64,000 nt of DNA, from the NCBI GenBank assembly GCA_050948665.1, contig JBMNEH010000001.1:1723813-1787812 (forward strand), in the 5' to 3' direction. Source of the stretch: Christensenellales bacterium (GTDB taxonomy: Bacteria; Bacillota; Clostridia; Christensenellales; UMGS416). The notes beneath the pieces are model-generated. The model saw only the letters and a list, made by a program, of their open reading frames with translations, was not told the origin of the DNA and ran no database searches. Positions 1-9,755 of this stretch are shown here, in pieces (positions within the stretch are counted from its first letter, which is position 1; each line of letters starts with the position of its first letter). Made by a program: the position numbers and the translations under genes.

Positions 1-185
1 TGGGCGGCGTAGTGCCCAGCGAAGCCACTGTGAAGGACGGCAGTTATGTGATCCAGCGCCCCTTCGTCCTCGTAACAAAGAGCGACAAGGCGCTCAGCAA
101 AACTGCTCAGAAGTTCTTCGACTACATCACCTCTAAGGATGCAACATCAATCATCTCCGGCGCAGGAGTTGTTCCGGCAAACTAA
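1..185 (+). CDS. pstS: Phosphate ABC transporter substrate-binding protein PstS, 3' end (partial, runs off the window)
   Basis: Frame 3 reads GGVVPSEATVKDGSYVIQRPFVLVTKSDKALSKTAQKFFDYITSKDATSIISGAGVVPAN then TAA at 183-185. This is a typical PstS C-terminus and lies directly upstream of pstCAB. Confidence 0.75.
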   Translation, partial: GGVVPSEATVKDGSYVIQRPFVLVTKSDKALSKTAQKFFDYITSKDATSIISGAGVVPAN

Positions 186-196
186 CAATCACATGA

Positions 197-233
197 AAAG
201 AGGCGGCCGCATCGATCGCAGCCGCCTCTTTTC
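197..233 (+). terminator. Intra-operon hairpin/attenuator after pstS
   Basis: AAAAGAGGCGGC (197-208) pairs with GCCGCCTCTTTT (221-232), followed by T residues. Confidence 0.55.
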
Positions 234-253
234 GGGTAAATAGAGGGGTATAT

Positions 254-1123
254 ATGAAAGAAAAGAAGAAAATACTTGAAAGGGTGGTACACGGTATATT
301 CCTGATACTGGGCTTGGTCACTGTCTGCTGCGTGCTGCTTATCACCGTGTATCTGATCATCTCCGGTATTCCGGCTATACTCGAGATCGGACTCATCAAG
401 TTCCTCTTTGGCACAAAATGGGCCTCAACTGCGGCGGAACCTTCCTTCGGAATACTTCCCTTCATCCTGACCAGCATATACGGCACAGCGGGAGCGATTG
501 TCATCGGTGTTCCCATCGGTTTCATGACGGCAGTGTATCTGGCAAAGATCGCTCCGCCGAAGATAAAGACAGTGATGGCGTCAGCCGTCAGTCTGCTGGC
601 CGGGATCCCTTCGGTGGTATATGGACTTGTTGGCATGATGGTACTGGTCCCCGGAATACGAAAACTGTTCCAAGTTCCGGACGGAGCAAGCCTTTTAGCA
701 GCCATCCTTGTCTTAGCGGTCATGATATTGCCGAATATCATCAAAGTATCAGTAACGGCGCTGGAGGCTGTGCCAAAGGAGTATGAGGACGCTTCTCTCG
801 CCCTGGGCGCTACCCCGGTGGAAACATACTTCAGGGTTTCCGTCCCAGCTGCAAAAAGCGGTATCGCCGCTGCAGTGGTGCTGGGCGTGGGAAGGGCTAT
901 CGGCGAGGCGATGGCGGTTATGATGGTCTCCGGAAACGCAGCGAATATGCCAAGCCTTTTTCAGAGCGTACGCTTTCTGACTACAGCGATAGCCAGCGAA
1001 ATGTCCTATTCAGCTGGATTGCAACGGCAGGCGTTATTCTCTATCGCGCTGGTGCTGTACCTGTTCATCATGCTGATCAACGCAACGCTCAACTTCTTTT
1101 TGAAGCGTAATAAGGAGGGCTGA
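254..1123 (+). CDS. pstC: Phosphate ABC transporter permease PstC
   Basis: 289-aa multi-pass membrane protein. It has the EAA-like loop (ALEAVPKEYEDASLALGAT), an ATG with an AGAGGGG SD, and pst operon context. Confidence 0.92.
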   Translation: MKEKKKILERVVHGIFLILGLVTVCCVLLITVYLIISGIPAILEIGLIKFLFGTKWASTAAEPSFGILPFILTSIYGTAGAIVIGVPIGFMTAVYLAKIAPPKIKTVMASAVSLLAGIPSVVYGLVGMMVLVPGIRKLFQVPDGASLLAAILVLAVMILPNIIKVSVTALEAVPKEYEDASLALGATPVETYFRVSVPAAKSGIAAAVVLGVGRAIGEAMAVMMVSGNAANMPSLFQSVRFLTTAIASEMSYSAGLQRQALFSIALVLYLFIMLINATLNFFLKRNKEG

Positions 1124-1125
1124 GG

Positions 1126-1989
1126 ATGCTGCAAGGAAAACTATCCCGTGAACGCCGAGGATACATTGGCTTTATGCGGACTTTAATGTATGTCAGCGCT
1201 GTGCTGATATGCGCGCTTGTACTTTTTCTGATTGTCTATGTGTTGGCAAAGGGTATCCCCAATATCTCCTGGGAACTGCTGAGCACCTCGCCCAGCTACC
1301 TGGAAGAACGTATCGGTATTCTGCCGGACATCCTTAACACGGTATATATTGTAATCGCGACACTGCTCATTGTCCTGCCGCTGGGCGTAGGCGCGGCCAT
1401 CTATCTTACAGAATACGCAAAAAACAAGAAAGTCGTGGCTGTCATCGAATACGCAGCGGAAACCCTTTCCGGTATTCCCTCCATCATATACGGGCTTGTG
1501 GGCATGCTATTCTTCTGCCAGTTCCTTGGAATGCAGACGTCGCTGCTGGCCGGCGCAATGACACTGGTCATCATGAACCTGCCCACCATCATGCGCACCA
1601 CACAGGAAAGCCTCAAGACTGTACCGCAAAGCTATCGCGAAGGTGCTTTCGGCCTCGGTGCGGGCAAGTGGCGCGTCACCCGCACAGTGGTGCTTCCCGG
1701 CTGTGTGGACGGCATTATCACCGGATGTATTCTCTCCGTAGGCCGCATACTTGGCGAGTCGGCGGCGCTGCTTTTCACGGCGGGTTTTGCCCACGCATTA
1801 AACGGCTTTTTTAAAGGGCTGACAAGCGCCGGCGCGACACTGAGTGTGGCATTATATGTCTACGCAAAAGAACAAGGCGAGTTTGGCGCAGCATTCGCTA
1901 TTGCAGCGATATTGATGGGTCTGACGCTTGTGATCAATTTGGCTGCAGAACTTACCCAGCGGTACTTTAGGAGGAAAAAAGCGTTATGA
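1126..1989 (+). CDS. pstA: Phosphate ABC transporter permease PstA
   Basis: 287-aa membrane protein with the motif [24 protein letters not shown]. It starts 2 nt after the pstC stop. Confidence 0.92.
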   Translation: MLQGKLSRERRGYIGFMRTLMYVSAVLICALVLFLIVYVLAKGIPNISWELLSTSPSYLEERIGILPDILNTVYIVIATLLIVLPLGVGAAIYLTEYAKNKKVVAVIEYAAETLSGIPSIIYGLVGMLFFCQFLGMQTSLLAGAMTLVIMNLPTIMRTTQESLKTVPQSYREGAFGLGAGKWRVTRTVVLPGCVDGIITGCILSVGRILGESAALLFTAGFAHALNGFFKGLTSAGATLSVALYVYAKEQGEFGAAFAIAAILMGLTLVINLAAELTQRYFRRKKAL

Positions 1990-2744
1990 GCAGAATTATA
2001 ATATCAACAGACAAACTCAGCCTTTGGTATGGCAGTCAGCAGGCGCTGAATAATGTCAGCATAGACATTCCGGATAAAAGCATTACCGCACTGATCGGAC
2101 CCTCCGGATGCGGCAAATCCACCTTTCTGAAAACACTCAACCGTATGAACGATCTGATACCCGAAGTTAGAATCACCGGTGTCGTGAAATACGGAGATGC
2201 CGATATCTATGATCCTGGTACAGATGTCAACGAACTGCGCCGACAGATCGGTATGGTGTTTCAAAAGCCGAACCCATTCCCCATGAGTATCTATGAAAAT
2301 GTGGCCTACGGTCCCCGCACACACGGTGTAAGGGGCAAAGCGAAATTGGACGAAATCGTAGAACGCTCTCTGCGGGACGCGGCGATCTGGGACGAAGTCA
2401 AGGGCAGATTGAGAAAGAATGCGCTGGGGCTCTCCGGCGGGCAGCAGCAGCGACTGTGCATCGCCCGCGCGCTTGCAGTGGAACCGGCCGTACTGCTCAT
2501 GGACGAGCCGACCAGCGCTCTCGACCCAATATCGACCTCTAAAATTGAGGAGCTTGCTTTACAGCTCAAAGATACCTACACCATCGTTATCGTCACACAT
2601 AATATGCAGCAGGCTGCCCGTATTTCGGATAATACAGCGTTCTTCCTTCTGGGAGATCTGATAGAGTACGGAACAACAGAAAGCCTGTTCTCACAACCGG
2701 TGGATAAGAGGACGGAGAATTACATTACGGGGAGGTTCGGATAA
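1986..2744 (+). CDS. pstB: Phosphate ABC transporter ATP-binding protein PstB
   Basis: Walker [10 protein letters not shown], signature LSGGQQQR and Walker [16 protein letters not shown] overlap with pstA. Confidence 0.95.
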   Translation: MSRIIISTDKLSLWYGSQQALNNVSIDIPDKSITALIGPSGCGKSTFLKTLNRMNDLIPEVRITGVVKYGDADIYDPGTDVNELRRQIGMVFQKPNPFPMSIYENVAYGPRTHGVRGKAKLDEIVERSLRDAAIWDEVKGRLRKNALGLSGGQQQRLCIARALAVEPAVLLMDEPTSALDPISTSKIEELALQLKDTYTIVIVTHNMQQAARISDNTAFFLLGDLIEYGTTESLFSQPVDKRTENYITGRFG

Positions 2745-3394
2745 TGAGAAGTCGTTTTGATGAACAGCTCGCTCTTTTAAACAAGGAGCTTATAGAGATG
2801 GGCGCGCTTTGCGAGGAGGTCATTGCCCTCAGTTCCGAGGCGCTAACCGCCGCAGACAAGGAATTGGCGAAGAAAGTCGCGCCGCTGGGTGCGGAGATCG
2901 ATCAAAAGGAAAGGACCATTGAGGCCTTGTGCCTGAAACTGCTTTTACAGCAGCAGCCGGTGGCAAGTGATCTTCGGCTGATTTCCGCCGCCCTCAAAAT
3001 GATAACCGATATGGAGCGCATCGGCGATCAAGCCGAGGATATTGCGGAGATCGTCTGCTTTCTGGACGGCAGAAGCGCGGAAAACGACGACCTTATGCGA
3101 GAGATGGCCCGAGCCGCCATACAAATGGTCACGGGAAGCGTGGACGCCTTTGTAAAACGTGATATAATGCTGGCAGAAAAGGTTATCACGGATGACGACA
3201 TAGTAGATGCCTTCTTTGATCAGGTAAAAACTAAGCTTATTAAAAAAATAGGTAAGGATCCCTCAGACGGAGAGTACGCCCTTGACCTGTTGATGATAGC
3301 AAAGTACTTTGAACGGATCGCAGACCATGCGGTCAACATCGCCGAATGGGTCATTTTTTCGGTAACGGGGGTGCATAAGGAGGAGCATGCATGA
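2744..3394 (+). CDS. phoU: Phosphate signalling regulator PhoU
   Basis: Two PhoU repeats (ERIGDQAEDIAE and ERIADHAVNIAE). TAATG overlap with pstB. Confidence 0.92.
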   Translation: MRSRFDEQLALLNKELIEMGALCEEVIALSSEALTAADKELAKKVAPLGAEIDQKERTIEALCLKLLLQQQPVASDLRLISAALKMITDMERIGDQAEDIAEIVCFLDGRSAENDDLMREMARAAIQMVTGSVDAFVKRDIMLAEKVITDDDIVDAFFDQVKTKLIKKIGKDPSDGEYALDLLMIAKYFERIADHAVNIAEWVIFSVTGVHKEEHA

Positions 3395-4065
3395 TCTGGT
3401 GCGTAGAAGACGAGGCCAGTATACGCGATATTGAGGTATATAGCTTGCAATCCACCGGCTTCGAGGCAAGGGGCTTCGAGGACGGAACATCCTTCTGGGA
3501 GGCGCTGCAAGCGGAACAACCGGATCTTGTGGTGCTCGATGTGATGCTACCCGGTGTTGATGGGATTGAACTGCTGCGCCGCATGAGAGCGTCCGCCAAG
3601 CTCTGTGATATCCCGGTAATAATGGCCACTGCCAAGGACGCGGAATACGACAAGATACAGGGGCTTGATCTCGGCGCGGATTACTATCTTACCAAGCCCT
3701 TTGGCGTGATGGAGCTTGTCTCCTGCGTAAAAGCCGTATTGCGCCGCTGCGCCCCGAAGCAGGCGGAGAATCTTCTGAAAACGGGCGACCTGGTCGTCAA
3801 TCTGGACGAGCATACCGTAACAGCGGATGGCGAGCGCGTGTTGCTGACATATAAAGAATTTGAGTTGCTTCGCCTGCTCCTGTCCCATCCGGGCATTGCC
3901 TTTACCCGGGATCAGATCATGGAGGAGGTCTGGGGCACGAATTACTACGGTGAAACCCGAACAGTGGATATGCATATCCGTACCCTGCGACAGAAGCTGG
4001 GTCCCTATGGCAGTCTTATCGAGACAGTTCGCAATGTGGGTTATCGGATGGAGGTAAGGGAATGA
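3391..4065 (+). CDS. OmpR/PhoB-family response regulator (phosphate regulon type)
   Basis: Receiver domain (DLVVLDVMLPGVDG, TAKD) plus a winged-helix output domain (LTYKEFELLRLL...VGYRMEV). ATGA overlap with phoU. Confidence 0.9.
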   Translation: MIWCVEDEASIRDIEVYSLQSTGFEARGFEDGTSFWEALQAEQPDLVVLDVMLPGVDGIELLRRMRASAKLCDIPVIMATAKDAEYDKIQGLDLGADYYLTKPFGVMELVSCVKAVLRRCAPKQAENLLKTGDLVVNLDEHTVTADGERVLLTYKEFELLRLLLSHPGIAFTRDQIMEEVWGTNYYGETRTVDMHIRTLRQKLGPYGSLIETVRNVGYRMEVRE

Positions 4066-5714
4066 CAAAAAAGATATTCAGATCCATCCTTCTCGTAGCC
4101 GGCGCCGTGTTGCTCGCAAGCCTTGTCATCATTATGGGGTGCCTCTACGATTATTTCAGCAACATACAGAAAAACCAGATGAAAGATCAGCTTAACCTGG
4201 CGGCGATAGCTGTTGAAAGCGAAGGCAAAAGCTCTCTTGAAAAAATTAACTCAAACAACTACAGGCTCACATGGGTCGCGTCCGACGGCACAGTGATTTA
4301 TGACACACAGGCAGATGCCCAAACAATGGAAAATCATTTGGACCGCAGCGAGATACAGAATGCTCTATCCAGCGGAGAGGGTGAAAGCTCTCGATTTTCA
4401 TCAACGCTTCTGGAAAAGACAATGTATCTCGCAAAGCGGCTATCCGACGGCAGTGTCCTGCGCATTTCCGTCAGCCGCGCCACTGCAGGTCTGCTGGCGC
4501 TGGGGATGCTCCAGCCCATTTTGATCGTTCTTGCGGTCGCGCTTGTTTTGTCCGGTGTTTTGGCAGGCCACATGTCCAAAAGAGTCACCGAGTCGCTGAA
4601 CAAGCTTGATCTTGAGAACCCTTTAGAAAACGATGCTTACGAGGAACTTGCCCCGCTTTTGCGCAGAATCAACCACCAGCAGCAAGAGATAAAAAATCAG
4701 CTTAGGCTACTACAACGCCAACGCGACGAGTTCTCACAGATCACCGGTTATATAAAGGAAGGGCTGGTACTGTTGGATGCGAAGGATGCCGTACTCAGTA
4801 TCAATCACGCCGCGAAGAAACTCTTTGACACGGACAATTCCTGCATAGGCCATGATTTTCTGACGATAGACCGTAGTCTTGAGATGAGCGCAGCCATACG
4901 GCAGGCAAAAGAAAGCGGTTCCGGCGAACTTCGCATGAAGCGAAATGGGCGCATCTATCAATTCGATTTAAGTAAAATTGAATCGGGCGGCGAAGTGATC
5001 GGTATCGCCATTCTCTCCTTTGATATTACTGAACAGGACGCTGCGGAACGAATTCGCAGAGAGTTCACCGCCAATGTGTCTCACGAGTTAAAAACCCCAC
5101 TGCAAGGCATCATAGGCAGTACGGAGCTTTTGGAAAAGGGCATGGTGAAGCGGGAAGACGAGCCTCGTTTTATCGGGCATATCCGTACAGAGAGCGCAAG
5201 AATGATGGCAATGATCGACGATATTATCCGCCTTTCTCAGCTTGACGAAGGTGATGCTATGCCGCATGAAGCCGTGGACATGCTGGAGGTCGCGCAGGAA
5301 ACCATCGAAAACCTGCATGACGCTGCAGTGAAAAAGGGCGTAGCACTCGTCGTTGATGGAATAAGCGCTGAGGTGAATGGCGTGCGGCGGTTATTATGTG
5401 AAATCGTCTACAACCTCTGCGATAACGCCATCAAGTACAACAAAGAAGGCGGCAGTGTGGAGATCAATGTTATGTCGGACGACCGCACGGTCTCTCTCAC
5501 GGTAAAAGATACCGGTATCGGTATTCCTCTGGAATACCAGGGACGGGTATTTGAGCGGTTCTATCGCGTGGACGAGAGCCATTCGAGAACTTCCGGCGGT
5601 ACAGGGCTGGGCCTCTCCATTGTTAAGCACGCCGTGCAATATCACCATGGCCATATTGAACTTGAAAGCGAACCGGACAAGGGAACCAAAATTAAGGTCA
5701 CTTTTCCCAAATAG
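4062..5714 (+). CDS. phoR: Sensor histidine kinase (PhoR-like)
   Basis: N-terminal TM segments, H-box SHELKTPL, and the N, G1 (DTGIGIP) and G2 (GGTGLGLSIV) boxes. ATGA overlap with the regulator. Confidence 0.85.
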   Translation: MTKKIFRSILLVAGAVLLASLVIIMGCLYDYFSNIQKNQMKDQLNLAAIAVESEGKSSLEKINSNNYRLTWVASDGTVIYDTQADAQTMENHLDRSEIQNALSSGEGESSRFSSTLLEKTMYLAKRLSDGSVLRISVSRATAGLLALGMLQPILIVLAVALVLSGVLAGHMSKRVTESLNKLDLENPLENDAYEELAPLLRRINHQQQEIKNQLRLLQRQRDEFSQITGYIKEGLVLLDAKDAVLSINHAAKKLFDTDNSCIGHDFLTIDRSLEMSAAIRQAKESGSGELRMKRNGRIYQFDLSKIESGGEVIGIAILSFDITEQDAAERIRREFTANVSHELKTPLQGIIGSTELLEKGMVKREDEPRFIGHIRTESARMMAMIDDIIRLSQLDEGDAMPHEAVDMLEVAQETIENLHDAAVKKGVALVVDGISAEVNGVRRLLCEIVYNLCDNAIKYNKEGGSVEINVMSDDRTVSLTVKDTGIGIPLEYQGRVFERFYRVDESHSRTSGGTGLGLSIVKHAVQYHHGHIELESEPDKGTKIKVTFPK

Positions 5715-5740
5715 TCAAAAGCACACTTTTGATTCGAAAA

Positions 5741-5771
5741 CAGACGCTTCCCAAAGGAACGTCTGTTTTTT
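5741..5771 (+). terminator. Rho-independent terminator of the pst-pho operon
   Basis: CAGACGCTTCC / GGAACGTCTG stem followed by TTTTTT. Confidence 0.6.
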
Positions 5772-6088
5772 CTTTGGTTTCCATTCTTCTGATTGCCTAT
5801 ATCATAAACAAACACCTGTTTTGATTCACCAGATATTATGATGATTTTTTTACATTTTTTTGAACCCTTTTCGTGCGGATTTTCTATTTCATGAGCGACA
5901 AAAGGCTCCATGGCACGACGATATGAATCGCGGCGGAGCCTTTTTCATTTAACCCTTCTGTCTCCTAACAAAGTATAAGGCGTGCCTTTTTAACAAAGAG
6001 GCATGCGTTTTATGATCTTTCCGTAAAAGCTCAGGGATGTGGACGCCATAACACCGGAAATCGGCTGAAACCCGGGGGCATCTCTATG

Positions 6089-7069
6089 CTAATACTTGAT
6101 AAACTTTTCCCCCGGAACATTGCAGATAAAGCATTTGTCCGGACGGACCTTCTCAATGTTTCCGCAGACAGGGCACAGATAATAGAAAACCTCTTCGGTC
6201 TGATCCAGATTTTCCAAGGCATCTTTATAAAGCTTCGCGTGAACCTCTTCCGCCTTCATAGCAAAAGTAAAGGCAATATGCGCGGCCTTATTCCCTTCCG
6301 CATCGGCTTCCTTCACAAAACCAGGATACATTTCCTCGTATTCATATGTTTCACCAGCAATAGCGTCCACCAGATTTTCCGCAGTTGTGTTCACTTTTCC
6401 CGCAAGCTCGAATTCTTTAAGCGCGTGCAACGTCTCGGCATCAGCGGTTGCTTTGAATAATTTGGCCGCATTCATCTTACCGTCTTTTTCAGCTTTTTTT
6501 GCGTATGCCAGGTATTTTCTGTTGGCCTGGGATTCTCCGGCAAATGCCTCCATCAGATTCTTCAACGTTTTGTTTTCACTCATTGTATTATCCTCCTTAT
6601 TTTCTTTCAAAGATTCCAGTAATTCTTCCGCTGCCGCTTTGGGGAAACCCTCAGGCTGTTGTTGGTCGATCAAGGTCTTAAGAAAATCTATGGAATTGTC
6701 ACTTTGCGGAAGCATAAATCCTGCTTCCCTGATAATATCCTCGGCCATGATTTGATTGGATTTTTCAATGGCCACTGCCAACTTCCCGGGTAATGCGGAA
6801 GCAATACACTCCTGTTCCGTCTTGCTACGCAAAAGTGTTCTAAGAACTTTGATGACTTCTTCGGTTTTGGGCTGCTGTGGCGGATAAACTTCGGGCACCA
6901 TAGATATAGCGCCGGATGGGCAGGCGTCCGCACAATCTCCGCAACCAATGCATTTGCTAACATCGATGACACTGTTCTCTGTATCTGTCGCCCCAGTAGG
7001 ACACACATAGAGACACAAACAATCTTTGGTGCATAGGCGTATATTTCTAACAGCGTATTTCTTAGTCAT
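6089..7069 (-). CDS. Ferredoxin (2x[4Fe-4S]) - linker - rubrerythrin fusion protein
   Basis: The N-terminus carries CIGCGDCADACP plus a second Cys cluster. The C-terminal 164 aa are a full rubrerythrin (NLMEAFAGESQANRKYL, EEVHAKLY) with a rubredoxin-like tail (CPVCG...CFIC). Confidence 0.85.
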   Translation of the reverse strand: MTKKYAVRNIRLCTKDCLCLYVCPTGATDTENSVIDVSKCIGCGDCADACPSGAISMVPEVYPPQQPKTEEVIKVLRTLLRSKTEQECIASALPGKLAVAIEKSNQIMAEDIIREAGFMLPQSDNSIDFLKTLIDQQQPEGFPKAAAEELLESLKENKEDNTMSENKTLKNLMEAFAGESQANRKYLAYAKKAEKDGKMNAAKLFKATADAETLHALKEFELAGKVNTTAENLVDAIAGETYEYEEMYPGFVKEADAEGNKAAHIAFTFAMKAEEVHAKLYKDALENLDQTEEVFYYLCPVCGNIEKVRPDKCFICNVPGEKFIKY

Positions 7070-7740
7070 TATAATGACCTCCCCTCAACCTTTTCGAATT
7101 TCCAATTCGGCACCTTACAGACAGGGCAAACCTCCGGCAAGCTATCCCCTATGTATATAAAACCGCAAATTGTACAGACATGAACACCGGTGTTTTCCAG
7201 TATGGCGTCGCCCTTCCTCTGATATCGGGTCAAAAGAGACTTCAAAACCCGTGTAACCTTCTCACTCCAAACCAGAGCGCGGAGCGCGCCGCGATCTTTG
7301 GTATCGATAGCTATAGCATTTGCGTTCGTAAAACCTTGTTCAAGATCTTTTTCAATCAGTTCCATCAGTTGGTTGAAATCCGGGTTCTCGGCAGGTAGTG
7401 AAGCGTCTTTGAAAAAACCGGCCAGTTCGGAAAAGAGAGCCGCCTCCTTCGGCTTGTACTGCTTTTCACAGCCTCGAGCCAGATTCGTGCAAAGGACGCT
7501 GACCTCAAGCGGAGAAAGCCCCCGCATATCAGTCGTCCGCTCTGCAACGGGTTTTTTCTTCTTTTCAGAAGACACAGTTCCGCCTTGCTTTTCAAATTCC
7601 GCTTTTGTCGCCCCGCAAAGAGGACAAACCCAATCAACCGGCAGGTCTTCCCACTTTGTGCCCGGTATAATGCTTGCTTCCGGGATGCCCTTTGCCTCAT
7701 TATAAATGTAACTGCAAATAGTGCATACATATTTACCCAT
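7069..7740 (-). CDS. Rubredoxin-domain protein with a second C-terminal Cys4 knuckle
   Basis: N-terminal rubredoxin (CTIC...WVCPLCG) and C-terminal VCTICGF...CPVCKVP. The stop overlaps the downstream start (TAATG). Confidence 0.75.
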   Translation of the reverse strand: MGKYVCTICSYIYNEAKGIPEASIIPGTKWEDLPVDWVCPLCGATKAEFEKQGGTVSSEKKKKPVAERTTDMRGLSPLEVSVLCTNLARGCEKQYKPKEAALFSELAGFFKDASLPAENPDFNQLMELIEKDLEQGFTNANAIAIDTKDRGALRALVWSEKVTRVLKSLLTRYQRKGDAILENTGVHVCTICGFIYIGDSLPEVCPVCKVPNWKFEKVEGRSL

Positions 7741-8068
7741 AACATTACCTCCTTTTATATTCTAACAAAGCAAAAGCCTTTTGTCTGTAACCTTGTTACA
7801 TAAAATGCAAATTCGCTTTATTGACTTTTGTTGAATTTGCTTTAAAAAAAGAACGGTTGGGCCACCGGCAGAAGCAGGCTCGGTAAACACAACGATATGT
7901 TTTGAAACTGTCGCTAAAGTAGCATTTTCCGCAACCTAAATACAAACTCTCATGGTGTCTCCGTAATCAGAGATATCCAACATCGCTTAACTCCATTGTA
8001 CAAACACTGCGTGGGTGAAAAAATAGTTCTTCACTCCCATCTGTAGGAGATTCGATAGAGATATTACT

Positions 8069-8428
8069 CTACTCGCCGCGCTTTTCGTAATACTGATGCT
8101 CATGGCAAACAGAGCCTGTTGACTTTAACTCTCCCTTCAGATAATTCTGAACAGCGGTTTTCGCATCGCCGGAAGCGCCAACGATGACCTCTACATTCCT
8201 ATCATTAAAGATATCGATCGCGCCGCCGCCCATGCCCCCGCTGATAATCACATTAACACCTCTGTCAGCCAGGAAATTGGGTAAGAAGCCGGGTCTATGC
8301 CCGGGGTTGGGTATAGATTCCTCCTTTATGATTTTTCCGTTTTCAATATCGTAAATCAAAAAATTAGCGCAGTGACCAAAGTGCTCCGTCACATTTGTAC
8401 CTTCACCGGCAATAGCGATTCTCAGCAT
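8069..8428 (-). CDS. NifB/NifX-family (dinitrogenase FeMo-cofactor-binding-like) small protein
   Basis: 119 aa with the family-typical signature EHFGHCANFLIYDIENGK...GGMGGGA. Confidence 0.8.
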   Translation of the reverse strand: MLRIAIAGEGTNVTEHFGHCANFLIYDIENGKIIKEESIPNPGHRPGFLPNFLADRGVNVIISGGMGGGAIDIFNDRNVEVIVGASGDAKTAVQNYLKGELKSTGSVCHEHQYYEKRGE

Positions 8429-8892
8429 TTCTTTTCCTCCATATTTTTATTTTCGATATATTCGTCCAGTATTTGTGCGGCATATGCAACAAACTCTGCG
8501 CAGGGACGCTTTTTGTAGTAAGACTCTGTTCTTTTCTCCGGAAGTGGCAAATCATGTTTTAATGTAAGGCCCAACAACTCTCTGCATATGATCGAACCGT
8601 TTTCTTCTTCGAACTTTTTTGCCATGGTCTGAATCAACGCATAGTGTTCATATTTCTTTGATTGATCCGCCGGGTCGGCATATCCATATTTCATTCCGGC
8701 AACCATAAACATTCCGGTGACGGCTCCGCACACCTCCCGAAGCCTTCCCATACCCCCGCCAAAGGACGATGATATTTTTAACGCGTCCTCCAAATCAAGG
8801 CCGGTTTCATCACAAAACGCGGCAAATACTGCTTGCGAGCAATTGTAACCCTTTTTAAACAAGTCTTTTGCGCAATCTGAATGTTTACTCAA
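8422..8892 (-). CDS. C_GCAxxG_C_C family protein
   Basis: Motifs YNCSQAV and EVCGAVTG. TTG start overlaps the stop of the upstream MBL gene (TTGA). Confidence 0.82.
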   Translation of the reverse strand: MSKHSDCAKDLFKKGYNCSQAVFAAFCDETGLDLEDALKISSSFGGGMGRLREVCGAVTGMFMVAGMKYGYADPADQSKKYEHYALIQTMAKKFEEENGSIICRELLGLTLKHDLPLPEKRTESYYKKRPCAEFVAYAAQILDEYIENKNMEEKKC

Positions 8893-9755
8893 TGCCTTTT
8901 CCTTCTCTGATTGTTTCCGACGTTTTCCCTATTGATCGTCAATTGATCGCCGGTCGATATGTAGCCGATCTTTTCTCCCATCACAGTTTTTAAATGGTGA
9001 TAGGGCTCAATGCCTGTGCAGTGACAGGTGTAAAAACGCGCCCCGGTCTTCAACAGAATATGTCCGATCTCAATTACAACATGCGGAGCCTCACTTTGTT
9101 TTGTTCCATTGCTGTAAAGATGAAATCCTCCGATTACGTAATCAGGCAGGCACCCTTTTTCCGCATAAAATTGATCGATAATGTTGACGATCCCGGTATG
9201 CGCACATCCCGCGACCAACAAAGTTTTTCCGTTTTCACTAATGATCAAGTTTTGCTCATGTGCAAAATCATCCCGCACAAAAGCATCTCCGTCTTTCATG
9301 AGCAAGTCAACATTACCTGAAGGAAGGTGTTTTGGGGATCCAATGCCGGAAAACAACACAAGTTCATCGTCAATTATAAATCTGTCACCACAGAATACAA
9401 ATCGTTCATTCGGCAACAACGATCTATCCAGCCCGATATATGCTTTATTGCTTCCCGGTCTGCTTGCGTAATACGGTCCAAATGCCTTTTGATGCAGGTA
9501 AATCTTTGCTTTTTTGTTGATATCAAGAAATGTTTTTAAGCCGCCGCCATGATCATAGTGGCCATGAGAAAGCACAGCCAGATCGATCCTTGTTAAATCA
9601 ACGCCCATTTTCTCAGCATTTTCGGCAAAAAGACCGCTTGCGCCCGTATCAAACAGGATCTTATGATTTTCAGTTTCAATGTAAAAACTTAAGCCGTGTT
9701 CGCTGCCAAGCTTCTCTGAAGATGCCGTGTTTTCAGATAACACCTTTACTATCAT
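8889..9755 (-). CDS. MBL-fold metallo-hydrolase
   Basis: HGHYDHGGG metal-binding motif, 288 aa. 4-nt overlap with the upstream ATPase gene. Confidence 0.85.
   Translation of the reverse strand: MIVKVLSENTASSEKLGSEHGLSFYIETENHKILFDTGASGLFAENAEKMGVDLTRIDLAVLSHGHYDHGGGLKTFLDINKKAKIYLHQKAFGPYYASRPGSNKAYIGLDRSLLPNERFVFCGDRFIIDDELVLFSGIGSPKHLPSGNVDLLMKDGDAFVRDDFAHEQNLIISENGKTLLVAGCAHTGIVNIIDQFYAEKGCLPDYVIGGFHLYSNGTKQSEAPHVVIEIGHILLKTGARFYTCHCTGIEPYHHLKTVMGEKIGYISTGDQLTINRENVGNNQRRKRH

Noticed and set aside
151-744. 197-aa minus-strand ORF antisense to pstC, plus similar long antisense ORFs such as 22212-22820, 38963-39577, 44794-45642, 48974-49702, 51937-52596 and 56537-57283
   Set aside because: Each lies entirely inside a gene with strong family motifs on the opposite strand. 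None has an SD, and their translations are Arg/Pro/Gly/Ser-rich, as expected for shadow frames. I treat them as non-coding.
5900-5943. Hairpin AAAAGGCTCC...GGAGCCTTTT between phoR and the Fd-rubrerythrin gene, considered as a terminator or small RNA
   Set aside because: The loop is 24 nt. The phoR terminator is already accounted for at 5741-5771, and the orientation is ambiguous. Evidence is too weak to call a feature.
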